Part shown: positions 1 to 13,002 of the stretch, piece by piece
How positions within the stretch are numbered: position 1 is the first letter of the stretch
Layout of the letters: every line of letters begins with the position of its first letter
Origin: Tubulanus polymorphus
Taxonomy: Eukaryota > Animalia > Nemertea
Length of the DNA: 64,000 bases
Assembly (NCBI RefSeq): GCF_964204645.1
Contig: NC_134031.1
Coordinates: 12,216,088 to 12,280,087 of the forward strand
Direction: 5' to 3'
Translations under genes and position numbers: made by a program
The notes under the pieces: generated by a model
Seen by the model: the letters and a program-made list of their open reading frames with translations, nothing else
Database searches by the model: none
What the model was told of the DNA's origin: nothing

Positions 1-480
1 CTTTGGTGGCGCTCCGTAAAAAAACGTTACGAACGATTTCAGTGAAATTTTTGCACGCCTCGCTGTACGCCAATCTATCCAGCAAGGCAGATCCCCGTTA
101 TTACTGCTTTGTAGCTATATTTATTATTATTATTCACATTTTCACACTAGATCTTACTGAAAATCTTTAAATTACTGTAACTTACTCCCATTCTTAAAGA
201 AAACATATTTTATCACAAGTACTACGTTGCATTGACAAAAACTGCACAGGTTTTTTATCAGATCCTCACCGTTTAATCACCTCAAGCCTCTAAACAGCAC
301 AAATTTACGCCATAGTGAATAGTTCGCCATTTTAGTTATAATCCCGGACAATCCAATTCCCATTGTGTACTTAATTGTTTCTTCTCCCAATATCGTGCGA
401 GTAATATTCCGAAGTGACGAAATATAAGATGATGAATAATGATATGTTATAACATAAAATAATTCATATACAATCAATTT
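1..480 (+). repeat. Helentron-like (HINE/DINE-type) non-autonomous repeat: end of one unit and start of the next
   Basis: 1-120 matches 3241-3360 and 6411-6540 (ggtggcgct...ccagcaaggcaga...ctgctttgcagctat); 120-300 matches 6600-6790 ((TTA)n then ttttcacactagatcttac...tatcacaagtacta). Confidence 0.6.
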
Positions 481-834
481 GGGGGTGTTATGCGGAACGA
501 TTAGTAACCCTTGGAGTCTAGTAGACTGGTTACTGGTCTCTATCTTCAGTTACGGGAATCAGACACCACTCAGGGATGCCAATCGTAGACTGCTTGTCAA
601 TTCAAGTATAAATACACAAATTTATTACCACAAGACTTCACATTCAGCTGCGGTTTTCAAACAGTAATTTTAACAATCATCGGTTTTCTTCATCAGTACA
701 CTTTACCGATCCACAGGGTATTGACCACTCTGGATATTATAATATTTACTACTATAAATATCTATTTTTCGTTAACAAATTTAACGTATATTGACAACGA
801 TAAATCATTCAAGTCGTAGGCCTTAACTTAACAC

Positions 835-1202
835 TAGGGATGAAAACGGCCCATATTGAAAAAGTCCGAAAATATTCTTAAAAAAAGACTTTTTGGGGGG
901 AACAAAAATCAGTAACTTTTAGCCAAAAAACTTACTTCCTTTTGGTCGAAAAGTTAATAGTTTGGGCCTGAATTAGAGGCGCTTTTTGAATGAGACGCCA
1001 TATTGGTTTCTCCGACTCCACAGTTGTGCTAACAACTGCCGAAAACCGTCTTAAGGAGCACTCCTAACTACGGAGCGCAGCGATGTGCCGCCCGCGATTG
1101 AGGTGATTAAAGCGATTGAGGTGATTTACACTGTTCTCAGGAATAAAGAAAATGTTAGAAGAGGTCGGAAATCCGTCTATGGTCGGAAGATTTTCATCCC
1201 TG
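835..1202. mobile_element. hAT-like MITE
   Basis: TIRs (t)agggatgaaaa ... ttttcatccctg; taacac flanks both ends as an imperfect TSD. Confidence 0.6.
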
Positions 1203-1316
1203 TAACACTCCGAACAGATGCAGCGGAGAAAAGCTGTTGTGTCGACGAGGTATCAAAATAAAAGAATTTATTACTTGATTCGGCTGCGACCATTTATCAA
1301 TATCTTATTTTTCCAA

Positions 1317-1684
1317 CGTTATACCATCTTTATCAAATCCACAGGTAGTTACTTAATGCAAGTAGGCCCTATATAACACACTCTTATTCATAAGCTGGAC
1401 TCGCGTTTGATATTTGGAGTAAGTGTTCGCCGCGGGGGATAGGAGATCGTTTCTAGGTCACATGAAATGTTTATTAAGTTGTATGTGACCTTTAGGCCCA
1501 ACCGTTATACCATCTTTATCAAATCCACAGGTAGTTACTTAATGCAAGTAGGCCCTATATAACACACTCTTATTCATAAGCTGGACTCGCGTTTGATATT
1601 TGGAGTAAGTGTTCGCCGCGGGGGATAGGAGATCGTTTCTAGGTCGCATGAAATGTTTATTAAGTTGTATGTGACCTTTAGGCC
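1317..1684. repeat. Near-perfect tandem duplication, 186-bp period, two copies
   Basis: cgttataccatctttatcaaatcc...gacctttaggcc starts at 1317 and again at 1503; each copy holds the hairpin aggtc(a/g)cat...atgtgacct. Confidence 0.9.
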
Positions 1685-2154
1685 TACTGAGCTTTACAGT
1701 CTCAAACACATTATAATTGTTGTGATTATCAATGGACTCATAGATTGATCTTCAAAACAAATTTTGCAATAAAAATACAGCAACATTGAATACCCCAGAG
1801 ACCTATCCCTGTCAAGTGAGGTGTAGGAATACGATGTTTAGGAATGTTGAAATTCAGTAGGCCTCAGCCCATTATGTCTGGATACATAAGCCTACCAGGT
1901 TAAGCTAAGTTCCCTATAAATGATGAATCAGATTTATTAGAATACATGTATTAGTGATTAACTGGTCTGACATGCAATGATCAATCACAATTATAAATTA
2001 TATTTTATTGGCAAATATGAAGATTTTTTTGAAAATTTCGTCTGAGTAGACAACTTTATAAACCAGACCTTTTACTTGAGTTTTTCATCATTAATGAAAC
2101 TGGTATTTGATTCATTCCTGATGACTTAAGTTACTACAGAGCCCTGGATGAAAG

Positions 2155-2990
2155 GATCTTTTGTTCGTTAAAACACCCATTCCTTCGAAAAAAGTTTTTC
2201 ATCGGCACATCAAATTTTTTGTTTGAACCAAAAATACTTTGTTCAATCGTAACAATTTGAAAAAAATCGTTCAAACAAAATTGTTATCGTTCAAACAAAT
2301 TTACTTTGGCCTGAACGAAATTTTTTTTTAGTCAAACAAAAAGTATATTGTTCAATCGAACAGAATCGTTTTCATTCGAACAAAACGTTCTTGTCTGAAC
2401 ATTAAGTTTTTCGTACGAACAAGTATATTGTAAGATTTTCTTTGTTTCAACAATAGTTATATTGTTCGATCGAACAGAATTGTTTTCATTTTAACTTTTG
2501 TTTGAACAAAATTGTTTTCGCTCATTAAATTTTTTTGTCAGAAAGACCATTCTTTTATCATGTACGCATAAAATTCAGATTTTTTTACAGATGACATATC
2601 AACGTATGTATAACAAATATATAATTTGACCCCCTCCCCGAAAAGAGTTTTATCTATCAGACATAACCGAATCCCCATGTGCGTACATAATATATGGTCC
2701 CGAAGAAAAGGTTTTTCGTTCGAACAAAATGTATGTTCTTGGATCAAACAGAATTGTTTTCATTCAAACAATCGTTCGAACAAAATTGTTTTCGCTCAAA
2801 AATTACTTTTTTCGTTTGCACAATAACATAGCTTTTTATTCTAAAATTTTTTTGGTCGGAACGAAAAGTTTTTGTTCGAACAAAAAGTATATTGTTCGAT
2901 CCAACAGAATTTTTTTCATTTGAGCAAAATTTTCTTTATTGGGAAATTAAGATTTCTGTTGAACAAGTATATTATTCAATCGAAGCATTT
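2155..2990. repeat. Degenerate minisatellite built from ttgttcgatcgaacag / gaacaaaa units
   Basis: Recurrent tattgttc(g/a)atcgaacagaat(c/t)gttttcatt motifs. Confidence 0.7.
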
Positions 2991-3000
2991 CAAAACAACA

Positions 3001-3360
3001 ATTTTTGCTCCTAGCTCTTTAAACCATTGGCGATAGCCACCTACAACTTGCTCGAAATGCATTTGCATTGATATCTACTAATTATTAAGCTATAAGCAGA
3101 TGAAGGGATTTCCATGAAAATTGATACACATGTACCTGGATATAAAATACACCGAACCTCTCAGATTAATTAGTTCCTATTCTAACAACTAATAGGTCAA
3201 CATATTGTGGGTCAACATATCTATGTCATCAGCTGACCACTAGTGGCGCTCTTTCAAAATAGCAGAACATTATGAACGGATTTTGGTGATATTTTTGCAC
3301 GCATCCTTGTACATCTTATCCAGCAAGGCACACCCATTATCGCTGCTTTGCTGCTATATT
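3001..3360 (+). repeat. Helentron-like repeat, 3' part
   Basis: Matches 7443-7720 (atttttgctcctagctc...aaaattgatacacatgtacctgg) and the unit end at 6360-6540. Confidence 0.6.
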
Positions 3361-3649
3361 TTTGTTTTTGTTTTTGCCTGGTATGTGTTTTTGGCGGAGC
3401 AGCATCCCTAATTTTTGTAATGCTGTAGCAAGCATGTTTGTTTAGAGTAAATAAACTTTCCTCCAAGATTTTCCCAATCAACCTTGCATGTTTGTCAATA
3501 GATACAATAATATAAGAAATCAATACAATGCAATTGTTTATACGCTGGAAATTTCTATCCGGAGTGCCACATATTAGGGAAAATATTACAAACATTAGAG
3601 CTCAAAGATATAGATATAGAGCTCAAAGCTATAGATAAGAAAAACAAAC

Positions 3650-3781
3650 CTTTGAATGCCTTCTTTCCTTTCCCTTTTTTAGTTTCAGCGACCAATGGCC
3701 ATTTTTCCTGGTCAACTTTTATGAATACATCCCAAGGCAGCAAGAAATTTGTGTTATGAAGGAAACCCATCTGATCAAGAC
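3650..3781 (-). CDS. SMG8: SMG8 exon (GLDQMGFLHNTNFLLPWDVFIKVDQEKWPLVAETKKGKGKKAFK)
   Basis: Acceptor tatacag|GT, donor AAAG|gtttgt; 132 nt, phase 1 to 1. Resembles GLDQQGFIPGTNYLMPWD of SMG8. Confidence 0.93.
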
Positions 3782-4528
3782 CTGTATAAGGGAAAAAAAT
3801 TAATAGAAACAAAGCAGCAATAACAGGATTTGCATCGTAGCTTGAATTCACCTGTGAATCAAAAACATTCATTTAAAAAATAAATGTTGCTGCAAAGACG
3901 CGACAACGGGTTTCATACAATGGGTTTCATTTTGAAATGGAAGGAATTGTCACAGGAAATTGGAAATATGGCAAAGCCATGGAGGGCCCCTCTTGGGAAA
4001 TTTTCCTCCAGTAGATTATTTATGAAGTCTCACTTTGTGGAAAATTTTCCCTGCATGATCTGGGGGCCATTGTCCGCTCGCAAGCAGCTTTAGCATGTCC
4101 AATTTATACGGATGTAAATACAGTCAACCTCAGTTAATCTGTCCACGGTTAAACAGTATAAGTGTTTAATCCATATGAATAAATTGGTCCCGTTTTTCAC
4201 TAACGTTATTCCCTTTATAATTCTGTGTGTAATTCGAACTCCATAGTCTATATTTTTACTTATTCCGTAGACAAATGCATGGTCCTGTTGTCCAATTAAT
4301 ATGTAGATCCTTATGTGTAACCCGTATCTGTCGGGAACATACACTTTAAGTGAAAAAAGTATGAATGTCTGTAATCTAATGAGGTTAATGTGGTCATTAG
4401 GAAATATGATAAACTTCAGAAAACACTCAAGTTAATTCATCATTGTCAAAGTCTCAAGCTTTATTAATAATCCATTGACTTCAGTAGTGAGGTCGAGTTA
4501 AGTTTTTGTCCAGATGCTATTATTTGTC

Positions 4529-5985
4529 AGTAATAGGGAATATGGGGGTTCATGCCAAAGGTCGAAAGGTCGAAAAATAAATAAAATTTTCCGACCATTC
4601 AACCTTTGACTTGACCACCATATTCCCTATTACTCTTATAATATTGAATAATTGAATAATATATGAACATTATTTAAATGAATTTCATATATTTTAAAAT
4701 AAATTTCATGTTTTAAAAGTGAGAGTGAAATGTTAGTATAATAATCTAGAAAAATAAGATCAAATATAGATTTCAGCAATAAAAAATCAATTTTTAACAT
4801 AAAAAGTGTGAGTGAAATAATTCATATTTAAAACAGTGAATATTTATATTTATATGTGTTAAATTCTTATTTTAAACACAAAAATAACGAGTAATTAACG
4901 AGTTGAAGAAAATATCAATTTTAATAAAAAAAACGACTAATAAATGAACTACAGTTCAAAGATATCGATTTAAATAGATTAGAAAAATATTTTACAATTA
5001 AAAATTTCATTCCTACTAAAGATTTGATTAAAACTGCACGTTTTCGTTTTCAAGTGAAAAATATTACTGAATTAATGTTTAAAAATTATTATCTTATGAT
5101 AGAGTTATCGAATATAAAAGTTAAAATTTTATTTTTGAGTTATGATATTTTGATTTAAGATGGTGTGATTTATTGCTTCGAGTATAATATTTTCCACAAT
5201 TACATAATGCTTTTTCATTAGGTTCATATTTAGGTGTTTCGATTTTATTGTCTAAGTTACATTGAATTCCAACATCTTTGAATGATTTTTCATTTGGAAT
5301 GGGCTAAATCTTTTTTCTTCTACTCAGAAAAACATTACATAGCATTCTCTGAAAGGGCAATTACGTAAGTGTAGAAATAATGATTTATGTGAATTTTCAT
5401 TATTAAAAAGTGATCGTATTTAATCTGTAATTATTAAATGTTGATCTATTTCATCAAATGTTGTGAATTTTGGAATTATTGTATTTAATAAGATTTTATC
5501 TTTATCATTCGATAACTCTATTATTAGATAATGATTTTTAAATATTAATTCAGTAATATTATTCACTTGAAAACGGAAACGTCCAGTTTTAATCAAATCT
5601 TTAATAGGAATAAAATTTCTAATTCATTTAAATCGATATCTTTGAACTGTAGTATCTGTTCATTCATTTATTAGTCATTTTTTAAAATTAAAATTGATAT
5701 TTGCTTCAAATCGTTTATTACTCGTTACTTTTATGTTTAAAATAAGAATTTAACGCATATAAATATAAATATTTTCTGTTTTAAATATGAATCATTTCAC
5801 TTATTTTATTTTAAAATATATGAAATTCATTTAAATAATGTTCATTTATATGAAATTATTAGGAGTAATAGGGAATATGGGGGTTCAAGTCAAAGGTTGA
5901 ATGGTCGGAAAATAAATTCGAGTGTGCGAGAATTTCTTTTTCGACCTTTTGGCCTTTTGCTCGAACCCCCATATTCCCTATTACT
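4529..5985. mobile_element. Non-autonomous Polinton/Maverick-type foldback element
   Basis: Termini AGTAATAGGG...CCCTATTACT; exact 6-bp TSD tttgtc at 4523-4528 and 5986-5991; long imperfect TIRs about 4529-5113 and 5507-5985. AG...CT ends, 6-bp TSD and long TIRs are Polinton hallmarks. Confidence 0.8.
5121..5509 (-). pseudogene. Relic small gene ending in a CxC...H...H zinc finger of DNA-virus type
   Basis: Reads ...EKALCNCGKYYTRSNKSHHLKSKYHNSKIKF* (finger about 5204-5142, stop 5123-5121); upstream part has in-frame stops. Confidence 0.6.
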
Positions 5986-6244
5986 TTTGTCAATTCTTTT
6001 TTCCTTTAATGAATCGCCCACAAGCACATAGGCCTATGTATACACTCTATGTGTGTTATCTGTACAAGACACAATGATGGCTTCAATGATGATGTCTTCA
6101 AATAGTCCTATTCTACTGAAACCAGTAGGTGTTTTTCATCACACGGCGGAGGGGGGTTGGGGAATGTTTTATTTTCATGCATAAATGATGTCAAATGGAT
6201 CGAATAAACCATCGGGTATTTAGGGTTATTGATATTCCAGCGAT

Positions 6245-7720
6245 CATTAGGGTTTTCTGTTTCTTCACAGATACAACTGCCACTGTATCAACTGCGGTAT
6301 ATTCTCGAAGTTACTTTCCCTAAACTTGGTACATTAGTACTTTGCACTTAAAAGAGCCATGGGTCAACATATTCATGATATGGGCTGACCAATGATACAG
6401 GCTGACCCCTAGGTGGCGCTTATTCACAGATAGTGGTACGTAATGGACAGATTTCAGTGAAATCTTTTGCAACCTTCCTAGTACGACATTTAACCCAGGA
6501 AGGCAGACACCCGTTATCGCTGCTTTGCAGCTATAGTTATTAGGGTTTCTGCTGCCTTCGCAGAAACCCTATTGTAATCCTGCTGATTATTATTATCATT
6601 ATTATTATTATTATATTCTTTTTCACACTAGATCTTACCGAAAGGATAAAAACAACTGCAACTTACTTTCACTGTCGGCGAAACCATTCTGTATCACAAG
6701 TACTATGCTGCATTGACAAATGCTGTATATAATATTAATCAGAATGCCACTGTTTACTCACTGTGAGCCTCTAAACATCGAAATTTAAGCCCGATTCAAA
6801 CAGTATCCATCTACGTATGTGTATTGCCTACGTGTCTTATTCCCACAGTGCCGCAGTACGTGTATTTGAGTGCGTATCCATATATGCAGTGATAGAGAGC
6901 CCTCTTCTAGATCAGTAGTAAAAAGTATTTTTATCACTCTACGAGTCGATTGTTTTGCCGTTGAAATAGGACATTCTCGAGTGAACGCAACTGAGGAATT
7001 TTTAAAGCCTTGTTTGTGCCGCATATACGTACGTACAAGCAATAGCATCCTTGCAGTAACTTCCCTGGATAGAGCTAATGAATGCAGCTATCGATACGCG
7101 AGAGCCTGGATGACTATATTCTTCTGCTAGCATTACAATATTCCCTGACTGATTTACTTGAAACTTTCGGGAGATGTACGGAACACAGGTACCTTGAGGT
7201 AAGTCGAAGGGATCTTTGATTTGGGACCCCGTTCACCCACCAGGACATGTTTTACATTTGAAAATTATGACATCGAAAAGTTACTGTGAGAAAATTTTTT
7301 GTCTTTGACTTTTCAGCTTCGGGCAAGCACGAAAGTTGTTCATAACAGCCCGGAGGTTAAAAAAGTCAATGGCACGCCCTATCTACGATTAACCGTTTGG
7401 GCTCTACGGGCTCGAAAATGGGCCCCCAAATTTTTCAATGAGATTTTTGCTCCTAGCTCCTTAACCGTTGGAGATAGAATCGTGGTAGCAATGAGTGCTC
7501 AGTAGCCCTTGCGAAGACGCTTTTATTGATGTATGGTATAACTATGTAACTCATATGGTTCTCCTGTAGCGCCACCTATAAGACGCTGGAATACGCATTT
7601 TCATCTATATCGACTAAGGGTACTAATGGATTTCTTTAAAAATTGATACACATGTACCTGGTTACTAAACGAATCGACCCCCTTATATGATTAGTTCTCA
7701 TTTCAACCACTAGGGGGCGT
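6245..7720 (+). repeat. Helentron-like tandem units (partial unit plus unit truncated at the viral block)
   Basis: Unit junction near 6540 with subterminal inverted repeat tagggtttctgc...gcagaaacccta followed by (TTA)n; matches 1-480 and 3001-3360. Confidence 0.6.
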
Positions 7721-7924
7721 AAATTTTAAAAAATCGATTTAGTTTCAATATTCTTATCTATGTTACTTATTCTATATTTGAATTGATTAAAGAATTCTCC
7801 AAAATACTTACTACATTCATAAGGTATTATATAATATATATATCTGATATCATTTCACTTGGAGTTTGTATTTCATATATTCCACCTTCCATTTATTATA
7901 AAAAGTTTTATTAAGATAAAAATT

Positions 7925-9152
7925 TTAATACATAACACTATCTAATTGAGAATTTATAATATTCAATTGCCCGTCAGATATAATATAAATGTGCATTTTA
8001 TAATTCATTCCTCCTTTCTTCATTTTCAGAATAATTGTATTCCATCTTGTGTATTTTGGATTTTTTCCCAGATCCATGTAATAAGTTTTCCTCTGTTGTT
8101 CTAAAATCTAACCATAGTGCACATTTATTACCGGTATAATAATCTATTTGATTAATATTACAATCTTCAGATTTTTTCATTCATAAAATGTTTTTTAATT
8201 TCAACCCATTGATCAATCATTCTCGTTCCTTGACAAAATATTTTATCTTCAATTGTTATTTCAACTTTTGATATTTCAGGATTATAATAATTATCAACTT
8301 TTATTGCACCATTAGAATATGTTGCAATGGTAAAAGTATTAATATACCTTTAATAGATCTTCTTGGGAAGTTAATATTCTCATTAATTATTTCATCATTT
8401 GCATTAATAGTTACAGTTTTAAATTCATAAATATAATCATATAATAATGAAAATCCTTGATTATATTGAGTGTGAATTGTGCTCGCAATATTTTCATCAG
8501 TTACTGTATCATATTCTAAACTTATATTCGATAATTTATAACTCATATCTTTAACAACGCTAGATTTCAGGAGCACAATTTCAGGAGCAAATGTTACTTC
8601 GAATATAATATCTTCTTGTATAGCATATTTATATAAAGGTGCATTATCATTTATCAATTCATAGTCTAATGGAATTGTATATTTGCTTCCGTAGATCTGT
8701 TTTATATAATTATCTGCAGCATTAGTTACTATTGCGTCATTAGCTTCAGATCTTAATCTATTTTGATTTAAGGATTGGATGCCTTGAGATATCATATTAT
8801 CTCTATTTTCTTTTGTTAACTATAAATCTTTATAATGCGTTAATAAATTATAATCATCTAATGAAAAAATAGTCTCCGGACCGATCTATACAATTCATTT
8901 TTTAATTAAATGTCTTCTAACATTATCTACGACATGATTATAATCATGACCAGTTACTTTTATATCAGCTGATAAATAAATACTATTTGGAACATAAAAA
9001 GTATTTTGTGTTAATCGAGAAATTCTAACATATAAAGTTTCATCAGGATTAATATTAGAAGGATTATGAGTAATTATATGATGAGATCTTTCTGCTTTAA
9101 TAGCATTAGATATTCTAGAATTCTTAGCAGGATTTATGTAACTCCCACTCAT
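7925..9152 (-). pseudogene. Polinton-like major capsid protein (double jelly-roll), frameshifted
   Basis: Pieces 8895-9152 (HIITHNPSNINPDETLYVR), 8301-8795 (YTIPLDYEL...ISLEYD...NINFPRRSIKGILIL), 7998-8180 (ALWLDFRTTEENLLHGSGK) and terminus MHIYIISDGQLNIINSQLDSVMY* (stop 7927-7925). Confidence 0.7.
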
Positions 9153-10094
9153 TTATTTGAGTGAAAAAAAATTAATTATTTATTTTTTATCATGTTTACT
9201 TGATATTTTTTATCATATTCACTAATCCAAAAATAATTGCATTAACAACTGTAATTAAAATAAATATAATGTGTAAAATAATATGTTCAGCAGCAAAACT
9301 AATAATATTTCCAGAAGATTTTAAAACAAAACTAACAATTGATGCAATAACACCGGGTAAAGCTGCAGCAGATTTTTTAGATAATTCCCATAGATATTTT
9401 GCTAATGTCTTTAAACCATCTTTAACTTTATCTTGTAGAGAATTATTACTCGGTGGTTTATCTGGTTTATTAGGAGTAGATTTTAGTGAATTTGAAATAG
9501 CTAAACCTATTGTTGTAAATACCATAGTTACAGCTGTTAGAATTGAAAGAATTGTTATACCTTCTAACTTCAATAATAATTTTATTCTATCTTTCAATGA
9601 TATTTCAGAATCTGGTTTTATCAACAAATCTTCAATAATAACTTTTAATCTATCAATATTATAATCATATGATTTTAACAATAATTTAATTTCTTCTTTA
9701 TCATATCATATCATTTTATTTCCTGGATAATTTACATCAATATATAATGAATACAATTATAATTATAATAATATAGACATTATGATCTCGTTTATATACA
9801 ATGAGGTAAAATAACAGCAGGGGAGCCATAGATAAAGCTAAGCTTGTGAGTGCAGGCACCCTGGGACAACAAAAAAGGAGAAGATACACGCACATATGTA
9901 CTCATACACACACGCACAGTCGCTCACTCACTCACTCACTCACTCACTCACTCGCACGTACGCTCGCACGCACTCACACTCGCTCATCAAGACACATAAT
10001 CAAGGCATACTACTGGCTACATAGTTAATATTTAATATAATATTGGGGACATACATAATCGTAAATGTATATATAATGGATTTTAGGACACTAA

Positions 10095-13002
10095 TTAATA
10101 GATTTCGATCAAGCTTTTTTTGAGATTTCTAGTAAAGGAATGCAGACTTTTAGACTGTTTCAATTCTTGAGGTAATGAGTTCCAGAGTCTAGGGCCTTTA
10201 GATCTTAGCGAATAATAACGGATATTTGTTCTAGAATGAGGGTTGTAAAGGTACATAAACTGACAAATTTGGATTGTATTAATATCATTAAATTTCATCA
10301 CATTACAATTTTTGAAAAGAGGCGAAGTATGTGCCGAATAAGCACTTCCTGTTATTACTCTAATGGCTTTCTTTTGTAATAGTATTAGGGAATTTAAATT
10401 TGTTGGCGTATTACTACCCCATGTCATATTACAATAATGTAAGTGAGGATAAATTAGGGAATAATATAATTTCAATTGGATTGATTGAGGCACAAAATAT
10501 GATAAATGTCGGATGATACCAACACCCTGTGCTACTTTTCTTGCTACAGTCTGTATATGGTCTTTCCAGGTAAGATTTTCATCAATTTCAACTCCTAAGA
10601 ATTTGGTACCACTAACTTTTTTCAGTGGCTTGTTGTCAATATATATATTGATGTTTGGGTGTTTTTTCCTTGCTCTGCTAAACACCATATAATGTGTTTT
10701 GTCAAGATTCAATGAAAGTTTATTTGCCTGGAACCAAATATTTAAATTCCCTAATTCAAAAGTAACAGTTCTTTCTAAGATTTTATGATCTTTGTTAGAG
10801 GCAAACGCATTGGTATCATCCGCAAACATTATAGTATGAAAAATGGCTGAGGCATTCGGGCAATCATTTATGTATACAATAAACAAGAGGGGCCCAATAT
10901 GGATCCTTGTGGGATTCCGCATGATATTTTGAGTTGAGTTGATGTTTTTGTACCGTACTTAACACATTGGAAACGGTTAGAAAGATAGCTTTTAAACCAA
11001 AAATTTGCCAAGCCTCTGATACCATAGTGCTCCAGTTTTTCTAGCAATATTTCATGATCTATGGTATCAAAGGCTTTGGATAAATCAAGGAATATGCCCA
11101 CTATGGTTTCGCCATGGTCTAATTTATCAATTAAGGTATCGATTATCTTTGCTAAAGCATACGAAGTGGAGTGCTTTTCTCTGAATCCAAATTGGGAATC
11201 AGAGATTACATCATTTGAATCGAAAAAGGCTATAACACGGGAGTACATAATTTTCTCTAGGATTTTTGAAATACACGGTAATAACGAGATTGGGCGGTAG
11301 TTTGCAAAAATTTCTTTATCGCCGGTTTTGAAAATTGGACAAACCTGGGCAATCTTAAGAGCACTAGGGAAAACACCAAGCACTAAGCTAAGGTTAAATA
11401 TATACATCAACGGTTTTGATATAAGATCGATAACACATTTTAGTACTCTCTGACTTATATTATCTACTCCAGTACTATTCTTGGAATTGAAATTTTTTAC
11501 AATATTTTCGATTTCAAGGATAGTCACTGGATTCAAAAATATTGTGGCTTCAACCCTGTTCTTTAAATATGACCTATAATCTTTATTACAGTATGGGATT
11601 TTAGCCGCCAGATTTGAGCCAATATTTGTAAAGAAATCATTAAATTTATTAGCAATCGTGAGTGGGTCAGTAATAATTTGGTCTCCGTATTTAAACTTAT
11701 GAGGGAATTCTGATTTTTTATGTTTATTGAGTAAAGTATTTATTAATCCCCAGGTTTGTTTGGGGTCAATATTTTCAAACTGCTGTGCATAGTAACTCTT
11801 TTTAGATGCTCGTATACAATTATGCAGGTGGTTTCTATAGTTTTTAAAATTTATTTTAAAGTCTGTCGTCCTTTTTTGCAGATACTCTTTATAAAGTTTC
11901 TCTTTACGTTTTAATGAAGTTAATAAGCTTTTGTCATCCAAGGGTTTTTCTTATCTTTAAATCGATCCCACTTCCTGTTAATAATTGGAAAGGAATTATT
12001 GTAATGTTTATGGAATAAATGGAGAAAATTATTGTATACTAAATTTACATCTTGGTATTTGTACACATCTTCCCAATCTTCCGTCATCAGTAACCTTTTA
12101 AATGTTAGCATGTTATAATCATTTATCTTTCTATAAGTGACATACCGAGGAGTTTCCTATTCGAGCATTTTAGATCTATTAATAGAAAATATGGGCAAAT
12201 GATCCGAGAGATCAGACATTAAGATACCTGATTCAATATTGTATTTTTCATAACAGTTTGTAACGATTAGATCCAGTAGGGTCGCAGAATTATCCGTAAT
12301 TCTTGTTGTCTTGTTAATAAGACCTAAATAATAATTACAGCTCAATGTATCAGTGAATTTAGCTGTTTGAGTGTCGCGATCTTTATTCAATATGTTAATA
12401 TTAAAGTCCCCCATTAGGAAAACCCTTTGATGACAAGATATTTTGTCAAATAACTTTTGTAAATCGTCAATGAAATTGTTTATCTTTAGTTGAGGTGGTC
12501 TATAGAATAAACCAATGAGGAACTTATCCTTAGAGTTTATAGTAATTTCAATGAAAGTATATTCAACTGAATCAATGGTCGTTAAGATAAGATCGGCACG
12601 AGTTTCATAATATAGCGTGTCCTTAATATATAAAGCTATACCGCCGCCAAGTGAGCTTTCTCTACATTTAAATATAGAGTTATATCCTGGAATAGGATAT
12701 AATAGTGAATTGTTATTTGAGGTTTTTGCCCAGGTTTCAGTAATACCGATGATATCAAATTTACAATTTATTGAATCTAGCGTCAGAACTAAGTTGTCAA
12801 AGTTCTTATTCATGCTTCTTAAATTTGCATGAAATAGACTTAAACTCTGGTTTGAGGGGTCTTGAGCTATCTCAGAACTGCCATAATACAAGCAGTCGTA
12901 TTGTAGGTTGTCAGATTGCATGGTCGCTTGCAAAATAAATATAATACATATCGTCCCAATAGTAATAATAATAGTACAGAGTGATACATAGGATAATTCC
13001 AT
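10095..13002 (-). pseudogene. LINE ORF2 (AP endonuclease plus reverse transcriptase), frameshifted
   Basis: Endonuclease: IIGITETW, GGGIALYIK, MGDFNIN, SDHLPIF. RT: NYRPISLL, QFGFRE, FLDLSKAFDTIDH, GIPQGSILGP, FADDT. Confidence 0.92.

Noticed and set aside
9200-9664. 154-aa plus-strand ORF
   Set aside because: Antisense shadow of the viral membrane-protein gene.
9846-10028. 60-aa ORF rich in HSLT/THT repeats
   Set aside because: Translation of the LINE 3' UTR microsatellite on the antisense strand.
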